Positions 8,529 to 16,832 of a DNA stretch of 32,000 bases are shown piece after piece (position 1 is the first letter of the stretch; every line of letters begins with the position of its first letter). This DNA is from Ruminococcus albus 7 = DSM 20455. Its GTDB lineage: Bacteria > Bacillota > Clostridia > Oscillospirales > Ruminococcaceae. The stretch covers positions 1,800,001 through 1,832,000 of the forward strand of contig NC_014833.1 in the NCBI RefSeq assembly GCF_000179635.2. Direction: 5' to 3'. Below the pieces are notes generated by a model. The model worked only from the letters and a program-made list of their open reading frames with translations. It did no database searches and was not told the DNA's origin. The translations under genes were made by a program, and so were the position numbers.

Positions 8529-8570
8529 AAAAGCACAAAAGCTGCATAGAAATGCAGCCTTTGTGCTTTT
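8529..8570 (-). terminator. Terminator of the alpha-galactosidase / zinc-ribbon transcript
   Basis: Stem aaaagcacaaa(a)gctgcat / atgcagc(c)tttgtgctttt with loop agaa and A/T runs on both sides. Confidence 0.55.
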
Positions 8571-8625
8571 AAGCTAATGTTAGGTGTATTTGGAGAAATC
8601 CTATTAAATAAAATGAAATTTTCAG

Positions 8626-8829
8626 CTATACAAATAATGTACAGCGTCCCGTGCTCCGATAGTATTCTATCAGACGTTCTATATCGGCACGGGTGCATCC
8701 AAGTTTGACTGCCAGGCAGTCTATGCAGAAAAACTCATCGGCACCTCGGTTTATCAGTTTTCGGTGGATCGCGATATCATCAGCATAGAGCGTTTTGCCG
8801 CATTCCTTGCAGGTCTTGAAGTTTGCCAT
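8626..8829 (-). CDS. Small zinc-ribbon protein (67 aa), function unknown
   Basis: The likely start is MANFKTCKECGK at 8829. Two CxxC pairs are present (CKEC and CIDC). Its ATG overlaps the alpha-galactosidase TGA as TGATG. Confidence 0.6.
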   Translation of the reverse strand: MANFKTCKECGKTLYADDIAIHRKLINRGADEFFCIDCLAVKLGCTRADIERLIEYYRSTGRCTLFV

Positions 8830-9986
8830 CAGAGTTTTACTACTTTCGCTATGAACATGGCACAATCGTGTGAATCGAGCTGTGTTACATAGCGCTCGGT
8901 ATATGTTCCTACTGATGAATGTGAATAGCAGTCATACATATCCAGACCTCTGCCCGAGAATACCGGCAGACCGATATCGTAAAACTGCAGCGACATTTCA
9001 GCTCGCTTATCGCTCAGGTTGAAAAGACCTATAGCATAATCACCAGTAGAAAGTGGCTTTACCAGAGCAAAGACATTCTCAGGGTTGTTCCACTGTCTTA
9101 TGATGTAAGGACCTCTGCACTCAATGTCCTGATTTATTGAGATGATGTCCTTGTTGGTAAGTATCTCTTTAGCGGCAGCATCCATTTTTCTGATATCACA
9201 GCCTATCATAAGCGGAGAATTCATAATTGCCCACAGTGCAAAGTGAGTCTTGTACTCAATGTCTGTGCAGCCGCCAACAACACTTCCAAGCACCTCCGCA
9301 TTGTCACCCTTGCCGTGCATACCAACTACAAGCATATCCATATCGTTGTGACAGTATGATCCGCTGTATGGCTGATGTGAGACCTGTGAGTCAAATATAC
9401 TCTTTATACTGAACCAGTTGTCTTGTATATCTCCTGTAGAACGGAACATATGCGCACCCGAGGAGCGGATCCAGTCGAGAACATTATCGTTTCCCCAGTT
9501 GCAGGCGGAGAAGAGTATATCTCTTCCGCAGCTGCGAAGTGCCATGGACATTCTTCTGTAGAGCGTCGCACCGTCTGCCGACAGCGGTTTATAGCAGTAA
9601 TCATATTTCAGATAGTCAACTTCCCATTTTGCAAATGTTTCAGCATCAACAAATTCATGCTCAAAGCTTCCGGGAAAACCACCGCAGGTGTGAGTACCTG
9701 CACAGGAATACATACCGAATTTCAGTCCCTTTGAATGGATATAGTCAGCGAGAGCTTTCATGCCATTCGGGAATTTATTCTTATCAGGAACAAGTCTTCC
9801 GCTGCTGTCACGCTGACGTTCCGACCAGCTGTCATCAATGACTATGTACTCGTAGCCTGCATCTTTAAGACCGCTTTCAACAAAGAAATCAGCGGTAGTT
9901 CTGATAAGCTCATCGTTTATGTTCCAGCCGAATGTGTTCCATGAGTTCCAGCCCATAGGTGGTACTGCTGCAAGCGGAGTTTTCAT
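8829..9986 (-). CDS. Alpha-galactosidase, glycoside hydrolase family 27, no signal peptide
   Basis: Motifs PPMGWNSWNTFGWNINDE, YEYIVIDDSW and YLKYDYC are GH27 signatures. The start was placed at MKTPLAAVPP (ATG 9986) with AAAGGAAA upstream. Confidence 0.9.
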   Translation of the reverse strand: MKTPLAAVPPMGWNSWNTFGWNINDELIRTTADFFVESGLKDAGYEYIVIDDSWSERQRDSSGRLVPDKNKFPNGMKALADYIHSKGLKFGMYSCAGTHTCGGFPGSFEHEFVDAETFAKWEVDYLKYDYCYKPLSADGATLYRRMSMALRSCGRDILFSACNWGNDNVLDWIRSSGAHMFRSTGDIQDNWFSIKSIFDSQVSHQPYSGSYCHNDMDMLVVGMHGKGDNAEVLGSVVGGCTDIEYKTHFALWAIMNSPLMIGCDIRKMDAAAKEILTNKDIISINQDIECRGPYIIRQWNNPENVFALVKPLSTGDYAIGLFNLSDKRAEMSLQFYDIGLPVFSGRGLDMYDCYSHSSVGTYTERYVTQLDSHDCAMFIAKVVKL

Positions 9987-10098
9987 AATATTATTTCCTT
10001 TCATGTGATCGGTTACTGTATGCTTATTGTACATCATAAACATAGTCAGTTATTACATATAAGCTAATATATCGACTATGTATTATCGTTGTATGCTG

Positions 10099-10971
10099 TC
10101 ATTTTCTGCCACTGCGATTATGCAGTAATTGTTTTTTGCTCATTCTTCTGTATTCTATTGGTGATATACCCTCTGAGCGCTTGAATACTGTGCTGAAATA
10201 TCCTGGTTCACGAAAGCCGCACTTATCTGATATTTCGTTTATCGGCTCATCTGTTTCAAGCAGCAGATGCTTTGCTTCCAGTATCCTGCGCTTTTTTATG
10301 TACTTTTCTATTGAAGATCCCATAGCCTGACGGAATATCCTGCCAAGGTACTGGTGTGAAACACCGCTGAGTCCGACTAACTCTGATATCGGAAGGTCAC
10401 GGTTGAAATTATCCTCAATGTGATTTATAACTGGCAGGAGAATATCATTCTTAACGTTGCTGCCGGATTTTACTGCGTTTAGTATAAGGCTGTGCAGTTC
10501 AAGTATGATATCATAGCAAAGTCCTGAGCATCGGAATATACCGTTTATCCTGTCTGTCCGGAGAGTCAGCATTATCTTGTTGAACAGCTTGTTAAGTTCA
10601 GTGGTATCACAGCTTTTTAGCAATACCGGCTTGTCCAGCCCAAGCTCACCAAGAGTTCGTTCGATATCATACCCATCGAAAACAATCCAGCGAACAGTCC
10701 ATTTGGGTTGATAGGGATAGTATTCATGAGGGTAAGCCTTAGGCATGAAGATCAGATCGCCTTTGGATATCTCCACGCTCTGTTCATCATAGTTTATACA
10801 GCCCATACCGCTAATGCACCACAATATCTTGAACCAGCAGCCTTCTCCGTTCTCCTGATAATATCCCTGCCACTCGGTCCCGCCTATACCTCTGAGGCAC
10901 ACGGGCAGGTTTTCAGTCTTTTCAGCATAGGGATAGATATTGGATTCAACAGCTGCTGTCATGTTGCTCAC
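10099..10971 (-). CDS. AraC-family transcriptional regulator (N-terminal cupin sensor, C-terminal double HTH)
   Basis: The C-terminus LSGVSHQYLGRIFRQAMGSSIEKYIKKRRILEAKHLLLETDEPINEISDKCGFREPGYFSTVFKRSEGISPIEYR is a classic AraC HTH. The gene sits directly upstream of the GH27 gene on the same strand. Confidence 0.9.
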   Translation of the reverse strand: MSNMTAAVESNIYPYAEKTENLPVCLRGIGGTEWQGYYQENGEGCWFKILWCISGMGCINYDEQSVEISKGDLIFMPKAYPHEYYPYQPKWTVRWIVFDGYDIERTLGELGLDKPVLLKSCDTTELNKLFNKIMLTLRTDRINGIFRCSGLCYDIILELHSLILNAVKSGSNVKNDILLPVINHIEDNFNRDLPISELVGLSGVSHQYLGRIFRQAMGSSIEKYIKKRRILEAKHLLLETDEPINEISDKCGFREPGYFSTVFKRSEGISPIEYRRMSKKQLLHNRSGRK

Positions 10972-11080
10972 CTCACTGGTATGATAGCATATATTTGTTT
11001 TATTGTCAACTGCTGATTTTGCAATTTGAAATCTTCAAAGTGAAAATCCCACCGTAAACACGGGCGATTTTAAAAGCAAA

Positions 11081-11115
11081 TTAAATATTTGAAATAAAAT
11101 GATTCAAATATTTAA
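11081..11115. repeat. 13-bp perfect inverted repeat upstream of the AraC gene
   Basis: ttaaatatttgaa, a 9-nt spacer, then ttcaaatatttaa. The sequence is AT-only, so its significance is modest. Confidence 0.4.
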
Positions 11116-11154
11116 ACCGACAGCCTGACTTTATACTTCATAAAAAAAGTCTAC

Positions 11155-11182
11155 CTTTGCAGGTAGACTTTTAGATAGAACG
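11155..11182 (-). terminator. Rho-independent terminator of the GH9 gene
   Basis: 12-bp stem aaaagtctacct / aggtagactttt with loop ttgc. On the minus strand a 7-nt T-run follows. Confidence 0.7.
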
Positions 11183-11209
11183 ATATTGGACTTAGTATGA
11201 TCCTTTTGA

Positions 11210-13075
11210 TCATCTAATGGTTACTGTAACAGCGTGTTTGATAGACTCTGTGGATGTCCATTCACCGTTAACCTTAGCTGCGATAGCAACCTTGTAGGTC
11301 ATGCCGGGTGTAAGGTTCTTGGGGGTAACAAAGCTTCTTGAAGATGCAGGTATATAGGAATTCTGAACTCTCCACTTGCCTGCAAGATAAACAGCGATGC
11401 CGTAGTTTGTAGCGCCGTTTACAGGAGACCAAACAAACTGTACCTGATGATACTGCTTGTTGTAGTTGACAGCTGTAATTTCAGGATAAACTCCGGGATT
11501 ATTATTGTTGTTATTATTGTTATTGTTGTTATTGTTGTTGTTATTATTGCCGAAGGAATAATTCTTCTTGAATTCAGAAGCGCTGTTTACAATGCTTGCA
11601 GCGCCATCACCGTTGCTGCCGTAAAGATTTACAAGTGCTGCACAAGCAAGAGCGAAGCATCCGTTGTAATCAAGTGCACCTTCTGTCCAGCGGTAGCTGT
11701 CGGTAACTTCATTGAATGTACCGGAGGAATCAGGTCCGCCGATGAGATAACCATAGTTTACATAGGTAGCATTAGGATTGGAGGAAGCATCTCCGTTGCC
11801 TGGATTTGCAGCTCTGTGGTGTACCTTGGGTGACCATGATGAGCCGTAGCCTGTCAGGAAGCTCTTATTATAGGGATTGTTGCCGAGTATATAGTTCATC
11901 TGATACTTAGCACCCTTTGCAAGAGAAGAATTTGAATCGTTGCCGATAGATGCAAGTGCTTCCATCTGAACAGCACAGTTGTAACGTGTGCAGCCCCACT
12001 CCTGTTTGCAGGAATTGTAAGTACCCTCATTCAGACCGCCCATATTGTTTACTTCAAACTGAAGCTCCTTAGCGTATGCGGAATCACCGGTCTTTTTGTA
12101 CATCAGTGCAGCGTAACCTGACCATACCTTATCCCAGCTGTACAGATAATAATCGTAGTACTGATTATTGTAGCAGCCGTTGCCTGTAGGCTTGAAGGAA
12201 GGTTCACCGCGCTCACCCAGAATATACAGCCAGCCTTCTGCCATAGCCTGTTCATCCTGATACTGGGAATTTGTTGCATACATGGAACCCATACCTTCCA
12301 TATAGTTACCTGTATGCTGCGTACCGAACTTATAAAGAGCCTTAGCATACTTTGTACACTTTGCTGCATAGGATGCATCTGTATCCTTGAATGCTACCGC
12401 AGTACCTGCAAGGGCGCTTGCCATTTCCAGTACTATAACTGAGTTGTTGCCGGAATTTGTCAGCCAGTATGTAGGACGATCGCCGTTCTGCTTTTCGGGA
12501 GAACCCCAGTAGCTGTGGTCACCCTCATTTGATACCATATAGCATACAGCACCTACATCACCATTGTTATCCAGGAATGTAGTCTTCATCAGGTAATCTG
12601 CGCCGTTTCTCAGGATGTACAGCAGATGATCACGGCAGCCTGCCTTCTGATATGCACCGGGATTGAGATAATCCGAAAGAGCAAGGCTGTTCATACCAAA
12701 GCCTATGGTCAGGTTGAACTTAATATGGTCGCCTGCATCGTGATAACCACCGGAAACATCCACCTTACCGTCACCGTCAGGATCTACGATACTTCTTGCG
12801 CCGCCGAGATTGACAGCATTTGAAAGATTTGCCTGTGCATCACTTACGTGGCAATTGCCTCTCCATGCCAGAGGGTTGTCATCGACACCTGTACCGCACT
12901 GGTTGGAATCATAGAAATAAAGGGATAATGCCAATGCATCTGAATAATTGGCATCTCCTCCGGCTGCACTCGCCTTTATTGCGGGAACTGCCGTTGATAC
13001 CATTGCACCGGCTGATAATACCAGTGCAGTTGCGAATGCTGCGATCTTTGAAGATCTTCTTCCATGTTTTTTCAT
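11210..13075 (-). CDS. Secreted GH9 endoglucanase with a poly-Asn linker and C-terminal FN3-like domain
   Basis: Signal peptide MKKHGRRSSKIAAFATALVLSAGAMVSTAVPAIKASA. GH9 motifs are GGYHDAGDHIKFN and HHRAANP. N x17 is followed by an approximately 90-aa domain with FN3-like W..V.GATNY...L.PGMTYKV. No dockerin or recognisable CBM was seen. Confidence 0.93.
   Translation of the reverse strand: MKKHGRRSSKIAAFATALVLSAGAMVSTAVPAIKASAAGGDANYSDALALSLYFYDSNQCGTGVDDNPLAWRGNCHVSDAQANLSNAVNLGGARSIVDPDGDGKVDVSGGYHDAGDHIKFNLTIGFGMNSLALSDYLNPGAYQKAGCRDHLLYILRNGADYLMKTTFLDNNGDVGAVCYMVSNEGDHSYWGSPEKQNGDRPTYWLTNSGNNSVIVLEMASALAGTAVAFKDTDASYAAKCTKYAKALYKFGTQHTGNYMEGMGSMYATNSQYQDEQAMAEGWLYILGERGEPSFKPTGNGCYNNQYYDYYLYSWDKVWSGYAALMYKKTGDSAYAKELQFEVNNMGGLNEGTYNSCKQEWGCTRYNCAVQMEALASIGNDSNSSLAKGAKYQMNYILGNNPYNKSFLTGYGSSWSPKVHHRAANPGNGDASSNPNATYVNYGYLIGGPDSSGTFNEVTDSYRWTEGALDYNGCFALACAALVNLYGSNGDGAASIVNSASEFKKNYSFGNNNNNNNNNNNNNNNNNPGVYPEITAVNYNKQYHQVQFVWSPVNGATNYGIAVYLAGKWRVQNSYIPASSRSFVTPKNLTPGMTYKVAIAAKVNGEWTSTESIKHAVTVTIR
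11498..11548 (-). repeat. 17 consecutive Asn codons (mixed AAT/AAC) encoding the GH9 linker
   Basis: The plus strand reads att/gtt triplets without interruption for 51 nt. Confidence 0.95.
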
Positions 13076-13163
13076 CTCTTAACACTCCAATTCTGATAGT
13101 TTTAGACTATTCGGGCAAAAGTACACCTCTGCCTCGAATATAAATATTTACCACTATGAAAAC

Positions 13164-13192
13164 ATTATATCACACCATTTCGTTTTTGTCAA
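13164..13192 (-). promoter_or_regulatory. Consensus promoter of the GH9 gene
   Basis: The minus strand reads TTGACA, a 17-nt spacer, then TGaTATAAT, about 90 nt upstream of the ATG at 13075. Confidence 0.5.
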
Positions 13193-13272
13193 CATATTTA
13201 TTTAAATATATTTGTAAACTTTTGTTACATTGGCTAAGCGGAGCTGTCTTTTGCATGGATATATTAAGTATG

Positions 13273-13305
13273 AAAAACAGCCTGTCGGTCAGACAGACTG
13301 TTTTT
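13273..13305 (-). terminator. Terminator downstream of the GH25 gene
   Basis: Stem aaaaacagcctgtc / gacagactgttttt (one mismatch) with a 5-nt loop and a T-run on the minus strand. Confidence 0.55.
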
Positions 13306-13328
13306 CATGTATTTTTCCGAAGTTCTTT

Positions 13329-13955
13329 TCAGTGCTTTTTGTATCCGTTGAATCCGCCGTTTTTTATGATATCCGGATAGTCCACATAAGAGGTGTCCAT
13401 ATCTACATCGTTACTTATACCGTTGATTTTTCCCTTGCAGCTGTACTGCCACATACCGTAGCTTCCTCTATAAGTGCATCTGCTGCCGTATTCTGCTATC
13501 CACAGTGCATAGCGCTCGGCAACTTCTTTGGTGATATATTTTTTCAGAGGGGCGCTGCTGATGTACAGCCCTGTGAAATATCCTGCTTTTTCCAATTCTC
13601 CGCAGAAGCATTTTACCAGTGATGAGCAGAAAGCTTTCCCCTTATCGAACTGTGTTTGTTCTTCCAGGTCAAAATAGACAGGATATTCAAACTTTTTGTT
13701 TTTTATAACTTCAAGGCAGACACGGGCTTCTTCTTTTGCGTCGGTTTCGCTTTCAGCGTAGCTGAACCAGTAAACACCCACGTTCAGCCCTGCTTTTTTT
13801 GCATGGGAATAGTTCTTGTCAAAATACGGATCCTTCTGTGAGATATACTTTCCGTATCCGCCGCGGAGTATTACAAAGTCCACTCCTCCTGACTTTACTT
13901 TGTTAAAGTTGATCTCTCCCTGCCACTGAGAAACGTCAATGCCTTTTATATTCAT
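13329..13955 (-). CDS. GH25 muramidase (lysozyme), catalytic domain only
   Basis: The start was placed at MNIKGIDVSQWQG (ATG 13955, GAGGT RBS). GIDVSQWQGEINFNKVKSGGVDFVILRGGYG is the GH25 signature. There is no signal peptide and no wall-binding repeats. Confidence 0.88.
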   Translation of the reverse strand: MNIKGIDVSQWQGEINFNKVKSGGVDFVILRGGYGKYISQKDPYFDKNYSHAKKAGLNVGVYWFSYAESETDAKEEARVCLEVIKNKKFEYPVYFDLEEQTQFDKGKAFCSSLVKCFCGELEKAGYFTGLYISSAPLKKYITKEVAERYALWIAEYGSRCTYRGSYGMWQYSCKGKINGISNDVDMDTSYVDYPDIIKNGGFNGYKKH

Positions 13956-14090
13956 GATATACCTCGTCTTTATTCGGGTCTGGATTAGCTGTGATATTAG
14001 CGTCTGCACTGTTCTTTGCAACAAAGTTCAGCTGCGCTGTATTATACGATAGTATATGTTTCACGACCTGAAGTTGACACTGTCTGTATA

Positions 14091-14900
14091 TCAGATGATA
14101 CTTTCTCCGCTGTGCATGGCGATGAGTTTTTCGCCCATTATTTCTTTCATGATCTCAAAAGCAGGTATGCCTGTGCAGTGACCGCTGTAGTATATGGTAT
14201 CAGTTGCTGCAAGTTCTCTTGCTGTCTGACGTATGGTTGCTATCTCCTCAGCAGTGTGTTCTCCGTCTTTTTTCATCATGTGAAAACCACTTATAACGCG
14301 GTCGGGGAGTCTGCCGAATATCTCTTTGTAACGATCGAGTATGTTGAGTATACCATTGTGGGCACAGCCCGATATCAGCAGATCTTCACCGTCACAGGAT
14401 ATGACCAGGCATTGTTCATGGGCAAAATCGTCAGGAACTTTTTCATTATCCTGCATTTTTGTAAGTTTTGAATTTCCCTGAGGACGGCATCGTTCACCGT
14501 GTATACCGCTGAACAGGAAAAGTTCATCGTCGATCCGCAGATCACCGTCGATAAGATTGACATTAGGCAGGGATAGTATGTCTTTGTCAATACCGATATA
14601 TCTGTCGCCATTGTAATGAGGTTCAGCTGCCGATCTTTGCATATAGATATCCGCATGGCTGTTGACAGCTGAAAAGGGAAGTATCCCTCCCGAATGATCG
14701 TAGTGTCCGTGGCTGAGTATCACAGTATCAACTGTATCCAGATCTATACCGATCACAGCTGCATTGTTGATGATGGCATCGGTCTGACCTGCGTCGATAA
14801 GTATCCTGTGATCATTTGTTTCTATGTAAACGGAAAGTCCGTGTTCTGCTAAACAACCTTCTCTTCCGCAGGTATTTTCAACAAGTGTGATTATTCTCAT
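14091..14900 (-). CDS. MBL-fold metallo-hydrolase
   Basis: It has the HGHYDHSGG metal-binding motif. The N-terminus MRIITLVENT...AEHGLSVYIE is typical of this subfamily. RBS AAAGGTGA. Confidence 0.85.
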   Translation of the reverse strand: MRIITLVENTCGREGCLAEHGLSVYIETNDHRILIDAGQTDAIINNAAVIGIDLDTVDTVILSHGHYDHSGGILPFSAVNSHADIYMQRSAAEPHYNGDRYIGIDKDILSLPNVNLIDGDLRIDDELFLFSGIHGERCRPQGNSKLTKMQDNEKVPDDFAHEQCLVISCDGEDLLISGCAHNGILNILDRYKEIFGRLPDRVISGFHMMKKDGEHTAEEIATIRQTARELAATDTIYYSGHCTGIPAFEIMKEIMGEKLIAMHSGESII

Positions 14901-14919
14901 AGTAAGTCACCTTTCTGTT

Positions 14920-15477
14920 TTATCTGTGCAGACGTTCATGGCTCTTTAAAATGCATCTGTGATATACTGTACAGGTGAAGAATCCTACAGCTGCTCCCAG
15001 AAGCATACCGCAGATCACATCTGTAGGGTAATGTACTCCTACGTACAGTCTTGAAAGTGCTATAAGCAGAGCGAACAGCAGTACAGGTATACCGATTTTT
15101 CTCGGCGTTTCACGCAGAATGACCGTTCCTACTGAAAAGCCTGCCGAGGAATGACCTGAAGGGAATGACGAATCGTTCTGCTTACCTATCATAAGATGAA
15201 GTCCGTCTATGACTTCATAAGGGCGGATACGGCCTACAAGGTTTTTTAATATGAGATTGCATATTACCGTATTTATCACCAGCGCGGCAGCACATAAAAT
15301 GCCGAGCCTGCGTGTTTTAGGTATAAAGATAAGTGTCAGCGTAACCGCTATCATCATTAGCCCACCATTTCCCGAGTAGGTTATGACTTTGACTATGGGA
15401 GTTAACAGATCTGTTCTGACATTTTCCTGTATCCACAAAAGGATCTGTTCGTCGAACCCGATCAATTTTTCTAACAT
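14920..15477 (-). CDS. PAP2-family phosphatase (undecaprenyl-diphosphatase-like membrane protein)
   Basis: PAP2 motifs are KNLVGRIRP, PSGHS and SRLYVGVHYPTDV. The start was placed at MLEKLIG (ATG 15477) behind AGGAGGG. Confidence 0.85.
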   Translation of the reverse strand: MLEKLIGFDEQILLWIQENVRTDLLTPIVKVITYSGNGGLMMIAVTLTLIFIPKTRRLGILCAAALVINTVICNLILKNLVGRIRPYEVIDGLHLMIGKQNDSSFPSGHSSAGFSVGTVILRETPRKIGIPVLLFALLIALSRLYVGVHYPTDVICGMLLGAAVGFFTCTVYHRCILKSHERLHR

Positions 15478-15813
15478 GGTAAGTATATCCCTCCTGAAAT
15501 AAATAAGTAACAATCATATAAATATACTAATATATATAATTATAATGCAGGAAATTTATTCCATAATTTTTGACGTATAAATATAAGGCTCAATGCCTTA
15601 ACTGTGCATAAAAATGGAAGTTCATATAATAGTAAGCTAATGTAATAATACCTAAATAAATGAGCAGTAATTTAGTGATAATAGACTTGGTAATACTGAC
15701 AAAATAATATAAGATCCATTTTTATTGGCTGTAGGGTCATCAGCTTTACAATTATACCATTAATATTTAAAAAAGTAAAGAAGATATCACAGTAATTTCA
15801 GAAAAATACCTAT

Positions 15814-16006
15814 CGAGGACAGCATCTATCCGTCAACACTAACAACGGATACCGAGCATCAAACAACCGATACCCGCCTTGAAAGAAACGTATCGAGCCG
15901 TCCGCCCGAGGACAGCATCTATCCGTCAACACGAACAACGGATACCGAGCATCAAACAACCGATACCCGCCTTGAAAGAAACGTATCTAGCCGTCCGCCC
16001 GAGAAC
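15814..16006. repeat. 93-bp tandem direct repeat, 2 full copies plus 7 nt of a third
   Basis: Copy 1 (15814-15906) and copy 2 (15907-15999) differ at 2 of 93 positions (T/G and G/T). The next 7 nt, cgagaac, restart the unit. The repeat is GC-richer than the surrounding AT-rich spacer. Confidence 0.9.
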
Positions 16007-16040
16007 AAAAAGACCGCAGGTGCGTCGGATGCACCTGCGG
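16004..16040 (-). terminator. Rho-independent terminator of the 96-aa gene
   Basis: 10-bp GC-rich stem ccgcaggtgc / gcacctgcgg with a 7-nt loop. On the minus strand tctttttgtt follows. Confidence 0.65.
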
Positions 16041-16102
16041 TACTTAAAGCTCTTTTTATCTCTCCAAAATATTTTTTTTACACACGCAATAATCGACTAA
16101 GG

Positions 16103-16393
16103 TCATATATCCCATTCTGTGCGGACAGTGTACCTTGCAGGGAAGCGAAGTTTTGATATCGCGTGCATTGAAGCGATGGTGCCGTTGTACTTGAAACTCA
16201 CTATCCTTACTTTACTTTCTTTTAAACTTTTGGTAGCAAGATCCCATGCACCGATCTCATCAAGTGCTTTCATGTATATTTCCGTAATTCCTTTTAACTC
16301 GTCTGATTTTTCCGCGTGAATACGCAGTTTCCCTCTCCTGAAGCAGTCAGGCTCTACGCTAGGATGCTTCATCATTAATTCGTTTCTGTTCAT
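16103..16393 (-). CDS. Hypothetical protein (96 aa)
   Basis: A good RBS (AGGAGA, 8-nt spacing) and its own terminator are present. I recognise no family. Confidence 0.6.
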   Translation of the reverse strand: MNRNELMMKHPSVEPDCFRRGKLRIHAEKSDELKGITEIYMKALDEIGAWDLATKSLKESKVRIVSFKYNGTIASMHAISKLRFPARYTVRTEWDI

Positions 16394-16756
16394 ATTATCA
16401 TCTCCTGTGAAACTATTTCTCCCTTTTCATTAGTCGCCGAATTATCAGTTCACAATTTTTACATTTTAACTTTTCGCTTCTCTCGAATGCATATTTTAAC
16501 ATAAAAAAACGACCTCGTCAAGAGTTATTAATTATTTTTGTTGATTTAAACAAATGTCAAGGTAATAGTACCTGCTTTTTAGGTACAATAAGCTTTTTTT
16601 ATGACAGGTAATCTCAAAAAATCCCGAAACAAATCCGTTTCAATAATAACAAGACGTTTTTATGGACAACTGTGATCATATGCGTCAAATATGATAGATA
16701 TTTACCAAAAATTGCGGGGTATTAGTTTTAAATTTTTTGATATTCATAAATAAACG

Positions 16757-16785
16757 TTGAATTTGCTCAAAATTTCTGTTAAAAT
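16757..16785 (+). promoter_or_regulatory. Candidate promoter of the EAL gene
   Basis: TTGAAT, a 17-nt spacer, then TGtTAAAAT (extended -10), about 47 nt upstream of the TTG start. Confidence 0.35.
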
Positions 16786-16832
16786 AATATAAATTAAAAT
16801 GTTCGATCCTATCATAAAAGGGGGGATTGTAG

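Noticed and set aside
8471-8698. 75-aa minus-strand ORF
   Set aside because: It spans a terminator hairpin and the promoter/operator region and overlaps the better-supported zinc-ribbon gene in another frame.
11498-11548. The poly-Asn codon tract as a phase-variation (contingency) switch
   Set aside because: The repeat unit is a triplet with mixed AAT/AAC codons. Slippage would change linker length but not the reading frame, so no ON/OFF switching is expected.
13156-13622. + strand ORFs of 74 and 130 aa
   Set aside because: They cover the GH9 promoter and leader and run antisense to the GH25 gene. They have no RBS.
13329-13955. GH25 lysozyme as a prophage endolysin marking a prophage remnant
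   Set aside because: There is no holin, tail, capsid or integrase gene nearby. The neighbours are an MBL hydrolase and a PAP2 phosphatase on the same strand, which fits a chromosomal cell-wall gene. The lack of a signal peptide remains unexplained.
15814-16006. Possible CRISPR array or minisatellite-encoded peptide at the 93-bp repeats
   Set aside because: The units are directly adjacent with no spacers, are far longer than CRISPR repeats, and there are only about 2 copies. No cas genes are present. The overlapping ORF (15879-16100) has no RBS, and its repetitive sequence is simply the repeat translated.
16394-16832. Long (439 bp) untranslated region upstream of the EAL gene, considered as a riboswitch or sRNA locus
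   Set aside because: Only one short hairpin (gtacct-N7-aggtac) and a plausible promoter were found. There is no conserved structured-RNA signature visible by eye.
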